A stretch of DNA of 64,000 bases from Thalia democratica (taxonomy: Eukaryota). The position numbers and the translations under genes are program-made. The notes beneath the pieces were generated by a model that did no database searches, was not told the DNA's origin, and saw nothing but the letters and a program-made list of their open reading frames with translations. The stretch is from the NCBI GenBank assembly GCA_965202585.1, contig OZ241828.1, positions 55,676,001 through 55,740,000 of the forward strand. Reading direction: 5' to 3'. Of the stretch, positions 13,440 to 26,643 are shown one piece after another (the first letter of the stretch is position 1; every line of letters begins with the position of its first letter).

Positions 13440-13696
13440 TGATGCTGTTGTTGTTGATCTTGCGGTAAAGTTCATAAATTATTTTATTAAATATAAATTC
13501 TTGTCTCAACAAACATTCAGAAGAAAACAAAAATTTACGAACATAAGAAAACACAACATATAATAGTTGTTTAAGTATATACAGGATATTTCGATCATAT
13601 ATAAATCTTAACTTATTTTCTTAAATTAAATTAGGATAAAAAAGGAATGAAAATAGTTTGTTGAAATAATGTGTTGTTTTTGACCAGTATACTTAA

Positions 13697-13880
13697 AGGT
13701 CAATCTGAAAAAAATCTGAGTCAGCAGAAAAACAAGATTTTTTTGATGTACTATTCAATTTAGATTATTTAAACTTTTTTTTGATAATTTTTTTATGTTT
13801 TTGGATAAGGTGGTTTAGGGAAAAGGTATGAATAAAAAATCGAAATTTTCTAACTTAGCTTTTTTAGCTCAGACTAACCT
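13697..13880. mobile_element. Short TTAA-flanked MITE with AGG...CCT ends (Kolobok-like)
   Basis: TTAA|AGGTCAATCTGA ... TCAGACTAACCT|TTAA. A related copy lies at 61198-61370. Confidence 0.75.
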
Positions 13881-14952
13881 TTAAGTGTACTTTCCTTGTT
13901 TTTTAAAGTACTAACTCAATGAAGTAAAAACATAGTTAAAATGATTATTTTTTTGATAAATATCAGTATGTTTTAAAAGCGAAGACTGACAACAAACGAA
14001 TATTAGCGATATAATGTACATTCTGTTGAGTTTTAAAACATTTAGAAGGGATTATTCTATTTCCAAAAATTAACTTTAAAACTTTTTATCTATGTAATGT
14101 TTTAAATAATTATTTTCTATTTTAAAATCTTTAATCTAATTTAATTTTCAATCTTAACCCAAAATTGGTGAAAATTTGTTTTTAATCAATACTTTTATAT
14201 TTTTATAAATTTTAAACATATCATACCCTATAAATAACATGTCAAACTTGGAATTTATTCCCTTAAACCTTCAATTTCAAATCTAATTAAAAGTATTATT
14301 TACATAAAGTGTTATTTCAAGTACAACTTAAAGCTATTTATAATGTACTAAGTCTATGTAAAGGTAGGAAAATAACAGTGTTTTATTATTGCGTCAGATT
14401 TTTTTTAAGATCAGTGTCAGACAGTACGTAGTTAATATCATTGCTGTAATCTAGTATGTAATGTTTAGTTGTTAGAAGTAGTGCAAGATGTGAATAACTT
14501 CAGTTTAATTAAAAATTTGCTTATAAGATTTATTAACTTTTTGTTTGGTGGAACCGCGGAGGTATTTTATTTTAGCTGAAGCACTAAGTCAATTTTAAGT
14601 TAAATTTGTTTACATAGTTATTACATTCAATATAACTTTTTTAATTAGGTGTGCATATGATTAAAACAACTAGGAGTAAAGTATAATCTTCATAAAAATA
14701 TTTTTTTAAGTAAAATAGGTCATTTGGAAATTAATGAAAATAGAAACTTTGTTTCAAGTTTTAACTAAACAACAAAAGGTAGTTAAACTAAATAAGTTTG
14801 AAATATTTATTATGTTTTGTTATGGTAACTAAAAGAGTCAAATATATTCCTACAAAACCTATTTTCGATAAGCTAAATAACATTGTATAATTAAAGACCA
14901 ACAACAATAGTAAATATAAGCGACTTTATATAACAAGATGTTAGCTATTCTT

Positions 14953-15030
14953 CGCGAAAGGTCCTTCGCACACCAGGTCCTAGGACAAAAATCTTTAAGC
15001 AATTTTATTTTTATCGTTCAATAAACTATA
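14953..15030 (+). repeat. ~125-bp structured interspersed repeat, copy 2 (5'-truncated)
   Basis: CGAAAGGT..TCGCACACCAGGTCCTAG..TCGTTCAATAAACTATA. Confidence 0.7.
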
Positions 15031-16028
15031 TTCTGTTCAAAAAGATAAAAAGTTGTTAGAAATAAAGTTTAAAATAAAGTTCAGTTTTTAAAAGCTTTCT
15101 ATCTAAAAATTTTTTAGTTTATAGCTTTAAGTCTTTTAAGCAAGTTTAATAAAAAATATTTAAATATATAAACTATTAAGTCTTAAAAGTATTTTATTAC
15201 GCAAGTTTAAGAAAAATAAATTAAATTAAATAATATTTAAAAAAAAATTGATTCAACAGTCATAAACAGGAATTCACGAACACTTAAAGTTTAACTGTTA
15301 GTAATATAAGAAGTAAATTTTAACAACACTATAAAAAATAAGCAAAAAGTTTAAAAAGAGTATTTTTGCTGTTTTTACAATATTATTTTACCTTTCTTTC
15401 TTTAACTATAGCTTTAAGAAGCCACTTAATAGCTACATGATTTTTTTTTTTGTAAAAATTAAAAACTAAAAATATTCTCCATCAAAAAGTTTTGGGTCAA
15501 ATAGTTTGTTTTAATTACTTTACTTCTAAAAATCACATTAACCAAGTTATTTAACTTCTTCTAGCTTTAACGTCTTAAGCTATAATTTTTTGCTTAGATA
15601 AACAACATTGCTATATGATTTTGAAAGCCAGTAACTTTTCTTGATAATTTTAAAGTTACAACAAAATTTATAATCTTAAACTACTTTTAATGTATAGCTT
15701 TACTTAATAATATTTAAACTTTCTTATTTTCGTTCTTAGCATAGTGTAGTTATTTAAAGTTAATGAATCATGATGTAAATATATTATAACTAAAACTCTG
15801 AGTTAAACGCTGACTAAATATTCAGAATTGTTTATTTTTGGCGATCGTTTACTTTTATTTTGATGAAACGATATACTCGGGTCAGGACCAGGCATGGTAA
15901 AATTTTAAAACCATTAATTACAGCTGCTTTATTGCTATAATAACTAGAAAGCTAAAGTAACATAAATAAATACTATTTATTATAAATACATAAATAAAGC
16001 TAATTTTTTTTCATATTTTACATTGGAT

Positions 16029-17276
16029 CAGGGGCGTGTCTAGTCTTTTTTCAAAGGGGGTTCACAATTTATTTTTGTTCTTAATTTGCCGCTTAAGTAC
16101 GCATTTCTTAGGTATGCACTGCCAGTTAAGTACGCAACATTTAGCCGAAAAACTCTTTGTTTAAAATGCTTTGTTTCTGCTTAGAAATAAAAAACAAACA
16201 TATAAGTAGCTATAGAAAAATATAAAGAGTTTTTATTTATTATACTTTATTAAATTTAGATAAATTAAAACTAAAAGAACCAGAAAAAAGCTATGAACTT
16301 ACAAATCGTGTATCAAAATTCAAATGTTTTTATAAAGAGAATTTCAATTTTGAATTAAATGTTAGTATAGATGGAGTTCTTTAAAAAATTTCTCTTAAAT
16401 TTTAAACTCTTTACATTTATATATCTATTTATAATAAACATATTTTTTTCAAGTAATTTAATCTTTAGAAATTGAAATTTTCTTAAAAAAAATGCTTAGA
16501 CTTATAGAATTAAATTATATATATCTTTAAATTTTATTTAAATGTTTGCCTGATGGAGCAGGGATTCTAATCATGGTTTTGAAATCTCTTTGAGTTGAAA
16601 GTTTAAAAAAATCAAGAATCAACTTTGTGGTCAACAGATATACAAAAATAAAACAACTTAAATAAGGTATTAACCTTTAACTGATAAAAGAATAAATTGC
16701 CAGGTGGTGTAGTTGTCTAAAGATGATTTTGAAAACTTTCTGAATTGAACTTTTCAAGGTTTAAACCTAGTTGGTTGACACATAAATAAATAATATAATT
16801 ATTCAAGTACAACCACAACATTATTATATACAATAAACTAAGTAAAATAAAACTTAAGTGATTACATTTGACATTTTTTAAGTAAAATTTTACTTACTAG
16901 TTCAACAATATTTCAACAAAAATTATTTACACTAAGTAACAATTTATAATGGGAACTAACAGCATCTTAGTAAAAAAGTTTCCTAGAAAAAATAAATATG
17001 CTACTTTAAAACTTTTACCTATTATGAAGTCACAATTAAAATCTTATTTAAAATCTATTTCAGCTGAGCAAAAACGAGCACTTTTTGTTACTGCAACTTT
17101 TTAATCTCACAGTGTTATAAGTTCAACATTAACTATTCAAAGTTTATCAAATAACCAAAACAAAGTCAATAAACAACGTTTTTAATGATAATCTAAGAAA
17201 AAAAATTTCTTGTTTCTTTTCTTTTTTTAGTCAGGGGATTCACAGGAAACAGGCAACCAGTCAAAACACGCCCCTG
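16029..17276. mobile_element. hAT-like non-autonomous element with perfect 8-bp TSD
   Basis: CATTGGAT|CAGGGGCGTG ... CACGCCCCTG|CATTGGAT (TSD 16021-28 and 17277-84). No coding capacity. Confidence 0.88.
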
Positions 17277-17551
17277 CATTGGATACGATTTCATAAGTTA
17301 ATCTTTTTTACTTTTGTTGTTATAAACTTACCATAATTTTAAACTACATAATTTTTGATTTACAATGTACTAAAATAATTTTAACACCTTGATTGTAAAA
17401 CTAAAACAGTTTATAGTAATATTTTTACATATTACCTTAATTTTTTTCCAATAACAAAAAACGAAGTAAATTATTTTTCGCTCAAAGTATAAAAAAAAAG
17501 AATAGAAAAAACTTTTAAATATAATAATTTTAAGCAATATTAAATATAAAT

Positions 17552-18022
17552 GAAAATGAAGATAATGTTGGTGAAGAAGACGAAGTAGATGGTTATGAAG
17601 ATGGTGAGAATGAAGATAATGTTGATGAAGAAGATTAACGTTTCACAAATACTGTTGAAGTGTATGACCGCATTAGCAATAAATGGTCAAACATGGCCAG
17701 TATGATGAACCGCAATTGGTGGCACAGTTTGGTTGCAGTAAAAAGTAAACTGTTTGTAAATGGGCAAAGTGTTTATCCATATGAAATTTATGACAAAACT
17801 ACAAATAGTTTTTCTAAAATGAAATCTTCGTCAACAAGGTTACGAGCAACTGGCAATGAAGCTTTTATACCTACTTCCATAGGAAACCAAATTGTTGTGT
17901 TTGATAAAGAATCATCTTTGTTTTTTATTTATGACACAGACAAAGATAGTTGGTATGCAGAATTGTGTAACCAACTAAAAGGTTGCCTATACTTTTCTTG
18001 TGTTAAAGTACATCTAACCTAG
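17552..18022 (+). pseudogene. Intronless kelch-repeat (beta-propeller C-terminal) gene fragment with a D/E-rich tract; in-frame stop at 17636-17638
   Basis: One frame reads ENEDNVGEEDEVDGYEDGENEDNVDEED*RFTNTVEVYDRISNKWSNMASMMNRNWWHSLVAVKSKLFV...YEIYD...IGNQIVVF...YDTDKDSW...FSCVKVHLT*. VEVYD...W..M..M...R..HS.V is kelch-blade-like. No 5' part or convincing start. Confidence 0.7.
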
Positions 18023-21000
18023 TTTTCGGAATTCTCTGTTACAGTAACAAAAAAAAACACATTTTAGGAATTCTTACCTATTTTCAAAATCAAACCATCA
18101 AGTTCTTATAACATACTTAAATTTATTGTACAAAAATAGTTTTATTAAATATTTTCTTATTTTTTTAACATATTGGCATGCTATTTGTCTAGTGTTTTTA
18201 AAATGTTTAAGGCTATTAGTTTGTGTTAGAAAAAATAGAAGATTTTTTTTTAATCTTGTACTTCTTAAGAAACGTAGTTTAACAATAAAATGGATGAACT
18301 TTCCTTCTGCTATGCTCTATTTTAATTATATGCTTATAAAAGGTCTTAGTCTTAGGTTATTATACATCTATGAACATAATAGACGGTTATAATTTGTATG
18401 TATACATACCTATCGAGTAACGTAATCTGGTTGACAATATTTTTACTTGTAGATAAATATAAAAGTTAATAAGTTTATAATACTATTAATGCGTTTAACT
18501 TATAGTTAGTAATTTAATATACTAACTACTGCAAAAAATTATTTAGAATACATACCTTTAAGTTAGTTTATGATGAAGATACAAATGAAATTTTCTTACC
18601 TCGCAAATAATATGTAATGTGATTTTAGGTTCAAACTTACGAGTTTATAGTGGTCTTTATTTTGTTTAGACTCGTATACTAATTTCAACAAGGTTTTCAC
18701 TAAGTTCATTACTGAAGAAAAAATTGATATAACTTTTAAAAATAGGTCTACTATTTCTCAAGAATTTTTTTAATTTATATACTTTTTTTAATATTCTTAA
18801 ATGAATTCGGTTTTTTGTCACGTTTCAAAACATAAACGCTAAGCTTTAAATAATAACAGCTTAAGTTTTAAAGTTTTTTATGACAAAAATTATCAAATTT
18901 GAATTTGTTTTTCAATTAAGAATTTAAATTTCATTTATATCAAAGTTTAAATTACAAACATCAATTAAAAGTTTAATATTAATTTAAGTATATAACTAAA
19001 ACGTAAAAGGTTTGTTGTTTATAGAAAAATAAATATTTTATTTCAAATTAAGTTTTCACAGGTTTATAAAATCTTTCGATAATATTTTACTAAATTTTTA
19101 TTTTTAAGCTTTTGGTATTTAAAATTGTTTCATATTTTTTAAACTATATTATTAGAATAAAAAGGAACTATTACAAAAAGCTTAAGAGTTTAAATAAAAC
19201 TGGTTATTAATTTTATTTTTCATTTTCGTATGAAAACAGATCTTGTTTTAATAAATATTATAAGCGATACACTTTTCAAAGGCTATCTAAAAAAATTGCT
19301 TTTTAATACTGTCGCTCAACAAATATCAATATTTTTTTAAACAAAAGTCGATCAACTACGTAGTAATTAAGTAAAATTTTACTTGGTAGCAAAATGTTTA
19401 CATACAGTTTTGAATTTGAAGTAAATATTTTAAATGAAAACTATGTTTAATCGCTTTTTATTACGTTTATTCCCGTTTTTTATAAAGTTGAAACAGAAAA
19501 TAAGTCGAAACACGCCTCTACTACAAAAAACGTTTAAAAAGTAAATAAGGTCTACCAAACTTTATCTATAAAATAAAAATGAGTTTCGGTTAATTTTAAT
19601 CAGTTTTTTTTTTATACTGTTAGTTTTACAAAAATTATTTAAAATTTTGTCCAAATAAGACGAGCTTGTTCATATCATACATTTCACATATTATTTTAGA
19701 TTTTAAATATAGAGGTTGTATTATTTTTTTTTTAACTTTATTTTTTTTTTAATGATTACTTTGTAAATAAAAATAATAAATAAAACACCGTAAATAAAGC
19801 ATTACAACAAATTATGGCATTGTTTCATTTGTTTTTTTTTTTTACTTTTAGTTTTAATTTAGAAGTAATAGTCATGTTAAGAAGAAAGTTAAAAAAGTTT
19901 TTGTCTATAAAGTATTTTTAATTTTATAAAATTGAAACTTTAATTAAATATACTTAAAACAGTTCAAAATTAATAATAACAAAGTCACTGGATGGACTTT
20001 TCTTAAAAAAAATTGATGACAAACTGTTTTATAGTAAATTGTTATTGTAAAACCAAGTATAAGTTTTTAAAATTATATAAGTTGAGGACTTGAGGTAAAT
20101 GTTTTTTTTTTGTTAAAATTGTTAGCACTTGAGCAAGAAATCCCTCAAATAGCGTTGCTAAGAATTTAGGTAAAACCTGTATGGATCATATATTTTAAAA
20201 ACAATGTTAAACTGGGAAAAAATATCACAACATCATAAAACATAACTATATAAATATAAGTCTGTAAAAAATAAAAATTATTAAAAAAATATTTTATTTT
20301 TGCATTCAAAGCTGTATATCTAAAAATCAAAATCATGTAAAATTGGAATTTTTCTGAAAAAATTGTTCAGGCTTATGGTATATAAAAAAAAATTGAAAAC
20401 AAAATTACAACATTATTAAACTCATTTTAATAAGTATAAAAAAAAAAATTGAAAAAAAAAAATCATTTTTTGAGAAAAGCTTGTATAAATTAAAAATAGA
20501 AAAAAATTCAAAATTTTTAAAGGGGCCCTACTCAAAAAGTCAAACCTCAAATACAAACCCTTTTTTTTAAATTAAAGAGAAAGGACTTTTCTCTAGAATA
20601 AAACAAAAATTTTTTAATTAGCTATTAAGATAAGGAAAATAATTGGGGGTTACGTTTGGACATTTTTATAAAATTCCTAAAAAACGCTGTCAAGCTAATT
20701 TAACGTTCGTATGTTGTTTTACTTACCAAATTTGACAGTGTAAAAAAGTTTTCAGTTTTCGGAAAACCCCAGTTAGCATCTCATGTTTAATAATATTTTT
20801 GCAACTTATTATACAATCATTAAAATAGCATTTAACAGGTAGGTTTTGCCTACTTGCTCAGCTACAAATTCATAGGTATTAATTAAACAGTCTGTAAACA
20901 TAGAGTATTTATTCATCTTTTAAACATTTTAAAGTCTGGTGTGCAGACTGGTTGGATAGAGATCCTAATGACAGCCATGAAAACTAACTGAGTTTTAAAA

Positions 21001-21664
21001 CAAATGATTGAAACTGAGTTTTACACCAGTTGGATACAGTTTAGCACTTAAAGTGAAAATATTGATGTGATAAATATTTAAATAAAGATCTTAAACAAAA
21101 ACAATATACAGTAAAAATATTGAAAACAAAAGAAGTTAAAGTAAACTAAAAACATTTTTTAACCTCAAAAACACAATCCTTTTTTGCTTGTGATGTTTTG
21201 TTCTTGAATTATTCTATTTTAAATACTATATCAACATTTTTAAACAATTAAATTGCAAAGCTTAAAAAAACAAAATAACCAAGTTGTTGAGTATAGCTAG
21301 CTACATTTGAGCTACAATATTGTTGAAGACTAAACTTTCCTAGAAAATTTTAAAACTTACTTGAAATCTTAGTGTCTCTTTGGGCTTTACTTTTCTAACA
21401 TACAAAGTTTGTTTGCATCAGGCTGTTCAGGCTATTTAAGATTACTCTGGCTAGTTTGAAAGTTTTGAAAAATTTAGGTTAACTCAGGCTAGTTTAAATA
21501 TTTTTATAAATCTCTGGCTGTTTTTAATTTTTCTTAAAAGTTATTTTTTTATAAGTTCCTTCTATTACAGTTTTGGTATTTTAGATATTCAAGCTTGATT
21601 TTAACAGTATTTCTTAAAGTTTTGGCTAACATTATTATTATTTTAAACTTTTTAATGAAATAAG

Positions 21665-22915
21665 CAGGGTTCGTGCGCCTCAGGCTAAATCAGTTTTTTT
21701 GAAAAAAGTTGAAAAACGTCAGGCTAAATCAGTTTTTTTATTTAAAAATTTGAGAATCTCAGTTTTTTTCAGTTCAAATGCTTGAAAATCTTTGATTAAA
21801 AAAAAATTAGAAATCTTTTTAAGATCAAATTGAAATGTGTTTTTATTTCTAAATAAAGATATAATTATTAAAGACAAAATCAGTCAGTATTTGTAAAAAT
21901 AAATGCTTAAAACCTTAAATTTTTTTAAAAACCTTCATTATTTTGTTTTGAGTAGATTATATATGTCATAATTATAAAAATTCATAAAAAAATACAGTTT
22001 AAATATTACAGTATAGTTCAACAACTTATCTGTTTGTTTGAATTTGTTTTCATCAGCTATGTTTTTCAGAGCTTAGTTGGTTAAACTGTTTTAATTTCTA
22101 ATTTAAAGGCTTTATACCAATACTTTTTAGATTAGAACTCTTAGCAGTTTATTCATATATTTTACTGTTTGTTTAAAGTTATTGGAGATATTCACAAAAA
22201 CTAAAACTTAGCTTTAAGATATAAATACTAGGTTTTGTTGGAGTACAAATTTTAGGTACAATTCATTTTTCTTTACAAGAACAAAATTTTAAACGTTTTT
22301 TCAAATTAAAGTGTAAGCTTTTTAAATCTGATACGACATCAACAATCACTGTATTTATTTAGAGTTTAGGATTTATAATTATGTATCAATTTTAAGTATT
22401 AGTCAAAATACTATAATAAACATATTTTAATTATTTAATACTCATGTAAGCGTTTCATTTTAAATTTTAATAACACACAACAATGCACGACGTTTTATAA
22501 TAAATCTTCTGGTTATAATGTTTTTACTTAGTGAATAATTAAATTGAACAATTGTGTTTAGTAATATATATTAAGTTTCTACACTAGTAATAGATTAGAT
22601 ATAACACTTATTTTAAAACTTATCCTTGAATTTGTTATGTTAAGGGCATAGGGGTGGGGGTCAATCACCTTTTTCACAATTTAGTCTTATTTTATTGAGT
22701 TGTAACTAAGCTATGAGTTGCTTTCTGCATACTTTTGAAGCTCAAAGTATTTTTGAGATAAAGCTGGTTGAAGTCGGAGACTATAGTAGTACTAATCAAG
22801 ACCCCCAAAATACCTAAAATGACTTCTAAAGGGGATTTCCCTTACTTTGAAAAAATGTCAGGCTAAATTGGTCTCAGTCAGGCTAAATAAAAAAAAATTT
22901 TGCGCACAAACCCTG
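21665..22915. mobile_element. hAT-like non-autonomous element (CAGGGTT ends)
   Basis: CAGGGTTCGTGCGC ... GCGCACAAACCCTG. Subterminal TCAGGCTAAA repeats at both ends. No clean 8-bp TSD. Confidence 0.7.
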
Positions 22916-23066
22916 AATAAACTAACTTTGACTAGTTTTATGTTACTCAGACTGACTTTTTTTTTGATTCAAAGAGTAACAACTCTGATATAAACTAGTG
23001 CTATTTGACATAATACAAACACTTTTTATATAAATAACCAAAACTTTTTAAGCATGTTGTCAAATG

Positions 23067-23472
23067 ATTGAGATCTTAATTGGCTAAGATATTTTTGGCT
23101 AAGATTTTTAAAAAGTCAGAACATTCTGCTTGAATAACTTCATCATGGCTAATGTTGGCTAAAGTAAAAACTTGGGTAATGTTGGCTAATGTAAAAACTT
23201 AGCTTACAAACTCTTATCTTCAACTTAAAAACAATAATAAAAAATATAATAACAAACTAAATTTTAAATTAAAATTTGAAAAATAAATATTAATAATTTA
23301 AAACATAATCAAAAAAATAATTTAAGTTTTCAAACCTTATTAAATAAACATACAAAAAAAAGCGCTTAAAAAATTTGTTTCAAGAACCTGGTATATGACT
23401 CCAAAATCTTTAGGATATTGAGTCATACACCATTGATAATGTTAAAAAGCCAAAGCCAATTAAGATCTCAAT
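23067..23472. mobile_element. MITE with 19-bp TIR and perfect 10-bp TSD (Mutator-like)
   Basis: TTGTCAAATG|ATTGAGATCTTAATTGGCT ... AGCCAATTAAGATCTCAAT|TTGTCAAATG (TSD 23057-66 and 23473-82). Confidence 0.82.
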
Positions 23473-24619
23473 TTGTCAAATGTACATTATAATGATACAT
23501 TAGAATTATTTTTCTAACTATGTTACAATAGTTAAAAACCTTTTAAAATTTACCTTTAAATAGTTTTTTTTTGAATATAAGCTGCTACTAAATGACTTAA
23601 AAAAATAAAAACAATTCTTTATACTAACAACTTAAATTTTGCAGACATGTTTTCAATGTAGAATCATATCTTTATTGTGTTAATTTGTTCTAACTTACGT
23701 ATAAAGCATTTTACAAATGTTTAATTAAACTTTACCTTAGAATATCACATATAGTTGCTTAAAATTTTAGAGCATAGAAATATAAATCCCAAAGAGAAAC
23801 TAGTTCCTTGAACTTGTAATTTTGTCATGTTTAAAACCTTAAAGTTATGTTTTACAGTGGCCCTGAAGTATAAATAGCAAATAAAAGCTTATAGAATAAG
23901 TGTTTGTAAATCTATTGTATTTGTTTAAAAGTGAAACTCTTATTTAGCTAAAGATTATACAAATTGATTTTATCAAACAAATGAAAAACTTCTTAAGGAT
24001 AAAAGCTTCAGACTTAAAGTAATTTTCTTACAAAACTTTTTTTTACAAAAAATCTTGTTTTAATTTTTATTAAGTAACAATGTTTCAATACAAAAGCAGT
24101 TCATCAGACAAACTTGTATATATTAACTTTTAATCTAAAATAGTTCTATTAATCTAATACTGTATTGTACTGAAGTTTTATTTTTGTTTGATGAACTGCA
24201 GTGAAATGTTGTTACTAGAATAAAGTTGAAAATAATATTATTGTATCTAATATCTCACTTTAGGATTGATCATTTTCTAAATCATAGGATTTTATTCTGA
24301 TAAATACTTTTTTACTAGATATTAACTTTATTCTAAATCTAAAAAAGAAGCAAGTTAAGCCTACACATCGAGTATCTCTTTGTTTTAAGAATCTGTAAAT
24401 GTTTAATAGGTGTCAAATATAAAAATATTTTTAAACTTTTTACATATGGTAATAAGCATTACATCATCATTATTTTTTATATTAGTTTAAGTTTATAAAC
24501 TTAAAAAACACAAGTAAAATACATTAATAAAAATTTGTTAAAAGTATATTAAAAAAAGTATGTTCCTCACACAATATTTAAAGTTATTAATTTAAACTTA
24601 ATTTCTTATATGTCTATTA

Positions 24620-25240
24620 TGGTGCATCTGTTACCTCTCAAAAATGAAAGCTTTAGAATTTTGCTTAGTCCATTTTTTTCTAGGTTGGAAATCACATAAA
24701 TTGACAGCACAAAAAAAAGCTTCCTAGCTTTTACCACCATCACGCTACTTACATTTTTCTGAAAACAACCCCTATTTAAACTGTATGGGACCTTAAAATT
24801 TTGACCTTTGAGTTTTTGGCTGAAATTTTTTTTACATGTAGCAATCATCACAAAAACACATTCTACGCGACCATTTGAAGAAAATTTCATTGAGGTATTT
24901 TTAGATTTTCTGTATTTTTTTATCATGTTTTGTTATTTTTAATTGTTTTTTGAAAAAACAAAGAAGTTCCTCCAAGAAAATTTCTTCTAATTGTCTGAAA
25001 ACAAGTAGAATGTGTTTTTGTGATGATTGCTACATGTAAAAAAATTTTCAGCCAAAAACTCAAAAGTCAAAATTTTAAGGTCTCCTACAATTTACATAGG
25101 GGTTGTTTTCAGAAAAATGTAATTAGGGTGACGGTGGTAAAAGCTAGGAAGCTAATTTTTTTTGTTTGTTTTTTAAGTGATTTGCCACGCACAAAAAGTT
25201 AGACTAAGCTTAACTCTAAGGTTGGGCAACAGATGCACCC
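24620..25240. mobile_element. MITE made almost entirely of long (~270-bp) imperfect inverted repeats
   Basis: TGGTGCATCTGTTACC ... GGCAACAGATGCACCC with TA/TAA flanks. The near-identical 'ORFs' 24606-24926(-) and 25020-25202(+) are the two arms. Confidence 0.85.
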
Positions 25241-26643
25241 TAATGTCTATATAACCTACAATTTTTGAAATAAGCCATTTAAATTTCTAATTACAGTCAC
25301 CTCTCGCAAATCTATGTACTCATTTAATTACAAACTCTCATTTGGTTATGCACTCTAGTTTATTTATGCATTTTAAAGTTGTCATAAACTATAAAAAATT
25401 ATTATGAAAAGCCTCTAATGCTATAAACTTATTGTATGTATTCAGATAACTAAATATTTTTTTATAGTATTTTTCTAAGTTAAAAAAAAAATTTTTTAAT
25501 AAAATTGAGATTTTTCCATTTTTAGTTTGTCCTCTATGGCTTTGATCTTTATACTTAAGGTGTTTTAGCCCAACTTTATACCTTTAAATTAGACAATGTA
25601 CAATGTTCAACTCCTCACAATATTTATTGCACAAAATTTCATTTCCACTCAATAAATCACTTTTTTTAGCTAATTTGCCAACCTAAGATCAAACTTATCT
25701 TGCACAATATTAGAGAAAGGTCTTTTAAAGACAAGTTTAAGCTTAGATTAGCAAGCGACAAAGTAGAAAAAAAAACTTTCTTTAGACATAGAAAAATATT
25801 AAAAAGCTTTTCACCTATATATACATCTTGAATGAAAAGTAATTTTGTAAACAAAAAAGTGGAAAGTCATCATATTCCATTTGGTCAGTTTCATTATAAG
25901 AAAATAGCCAATATAGTAGGTATATTTGCTAATTCTCGTTTAGTTACATTCTCTTGTTTGATTATGCACTTTAACTGTGGACACAATGTGCGTATATTTG
26001 CAAAAGGTGACTGTACTTAATTATAGTGTTACCCAAAAAAATCTTACACCTCGTTTTAATAGGTTTGTCTGCATAATTGCAAAGTATACTTTTACATATT
26101 TTTATCTATGAACAAAAAGCTCTTTTTTTAGTTAGACTCAAACATAAAAATTTTGTATTATAAGTGTTTTATGCTGCGTTCAATATGATGATAAAAGTTA
26201 TTAGAAACTCTTTCAAATTAAAGTGTATAGAAAATTTCTCAATTTAATTGAATTTGATATTTATGATAGCTTTTTTAAACCTAGTAAATAATTAGAGAAC
26301 AAAAAATGACAATATCAAATAATCAAGAGTTAAGAGCTAATTATGTACTACAAATTTCTTATTAGTTTTCTATGATGTTTTACTTTATTTCTTTATTTCA
26401 AATCTATGTATAAATTTTTATTGTAAAGAAATTTAGCTTAATTTCTTAACTTATAAGATTAAGTATTTTTATTAAAAACACTATTTTTATATAACTAAAT
26501 GTTTAAACAGATATGATTGTGAATTGATTTCAAGTTAAGATATATTAGTTAAAAGGTTTACATATAGCAAACTTATTTGATAGTTTATAAATACATTATT
26601 ATATTACAATTACATTTTCTTCAGAAGTTTCCTTAAAAACAAA

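Larger units (their letters stand above)
11206..13480. repeat. Rearranged host repeat carrying hammerhead motifs (Penelope-like LTR/retrozyme-like remnant), interrupted by the foldback element
   Basis: Three segment pairs in inverted orientation: 11206-11240 vs 13190-13226, 11238-11260 vs 13041-13062, 11270-11304 vs 13441-13478. GAAACCGGTC occurs on + (13430-39) and on - (13030-39). Confidence 0.6.

Noticed and set aside
20700-20800. Minus-strand GTAAGT donor preceded by a short ATG frame, as a candidate first Smo exon
   Set aside because: Not a signal peptide, and its phase (2) fits neither of the two stop-free acceptors near 7975 (phases 0 and 1).
24606-25202. Pair of similar ORFs on opposite strands
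   Set aside because: They are the two arms of one inverted-repeat MITE.
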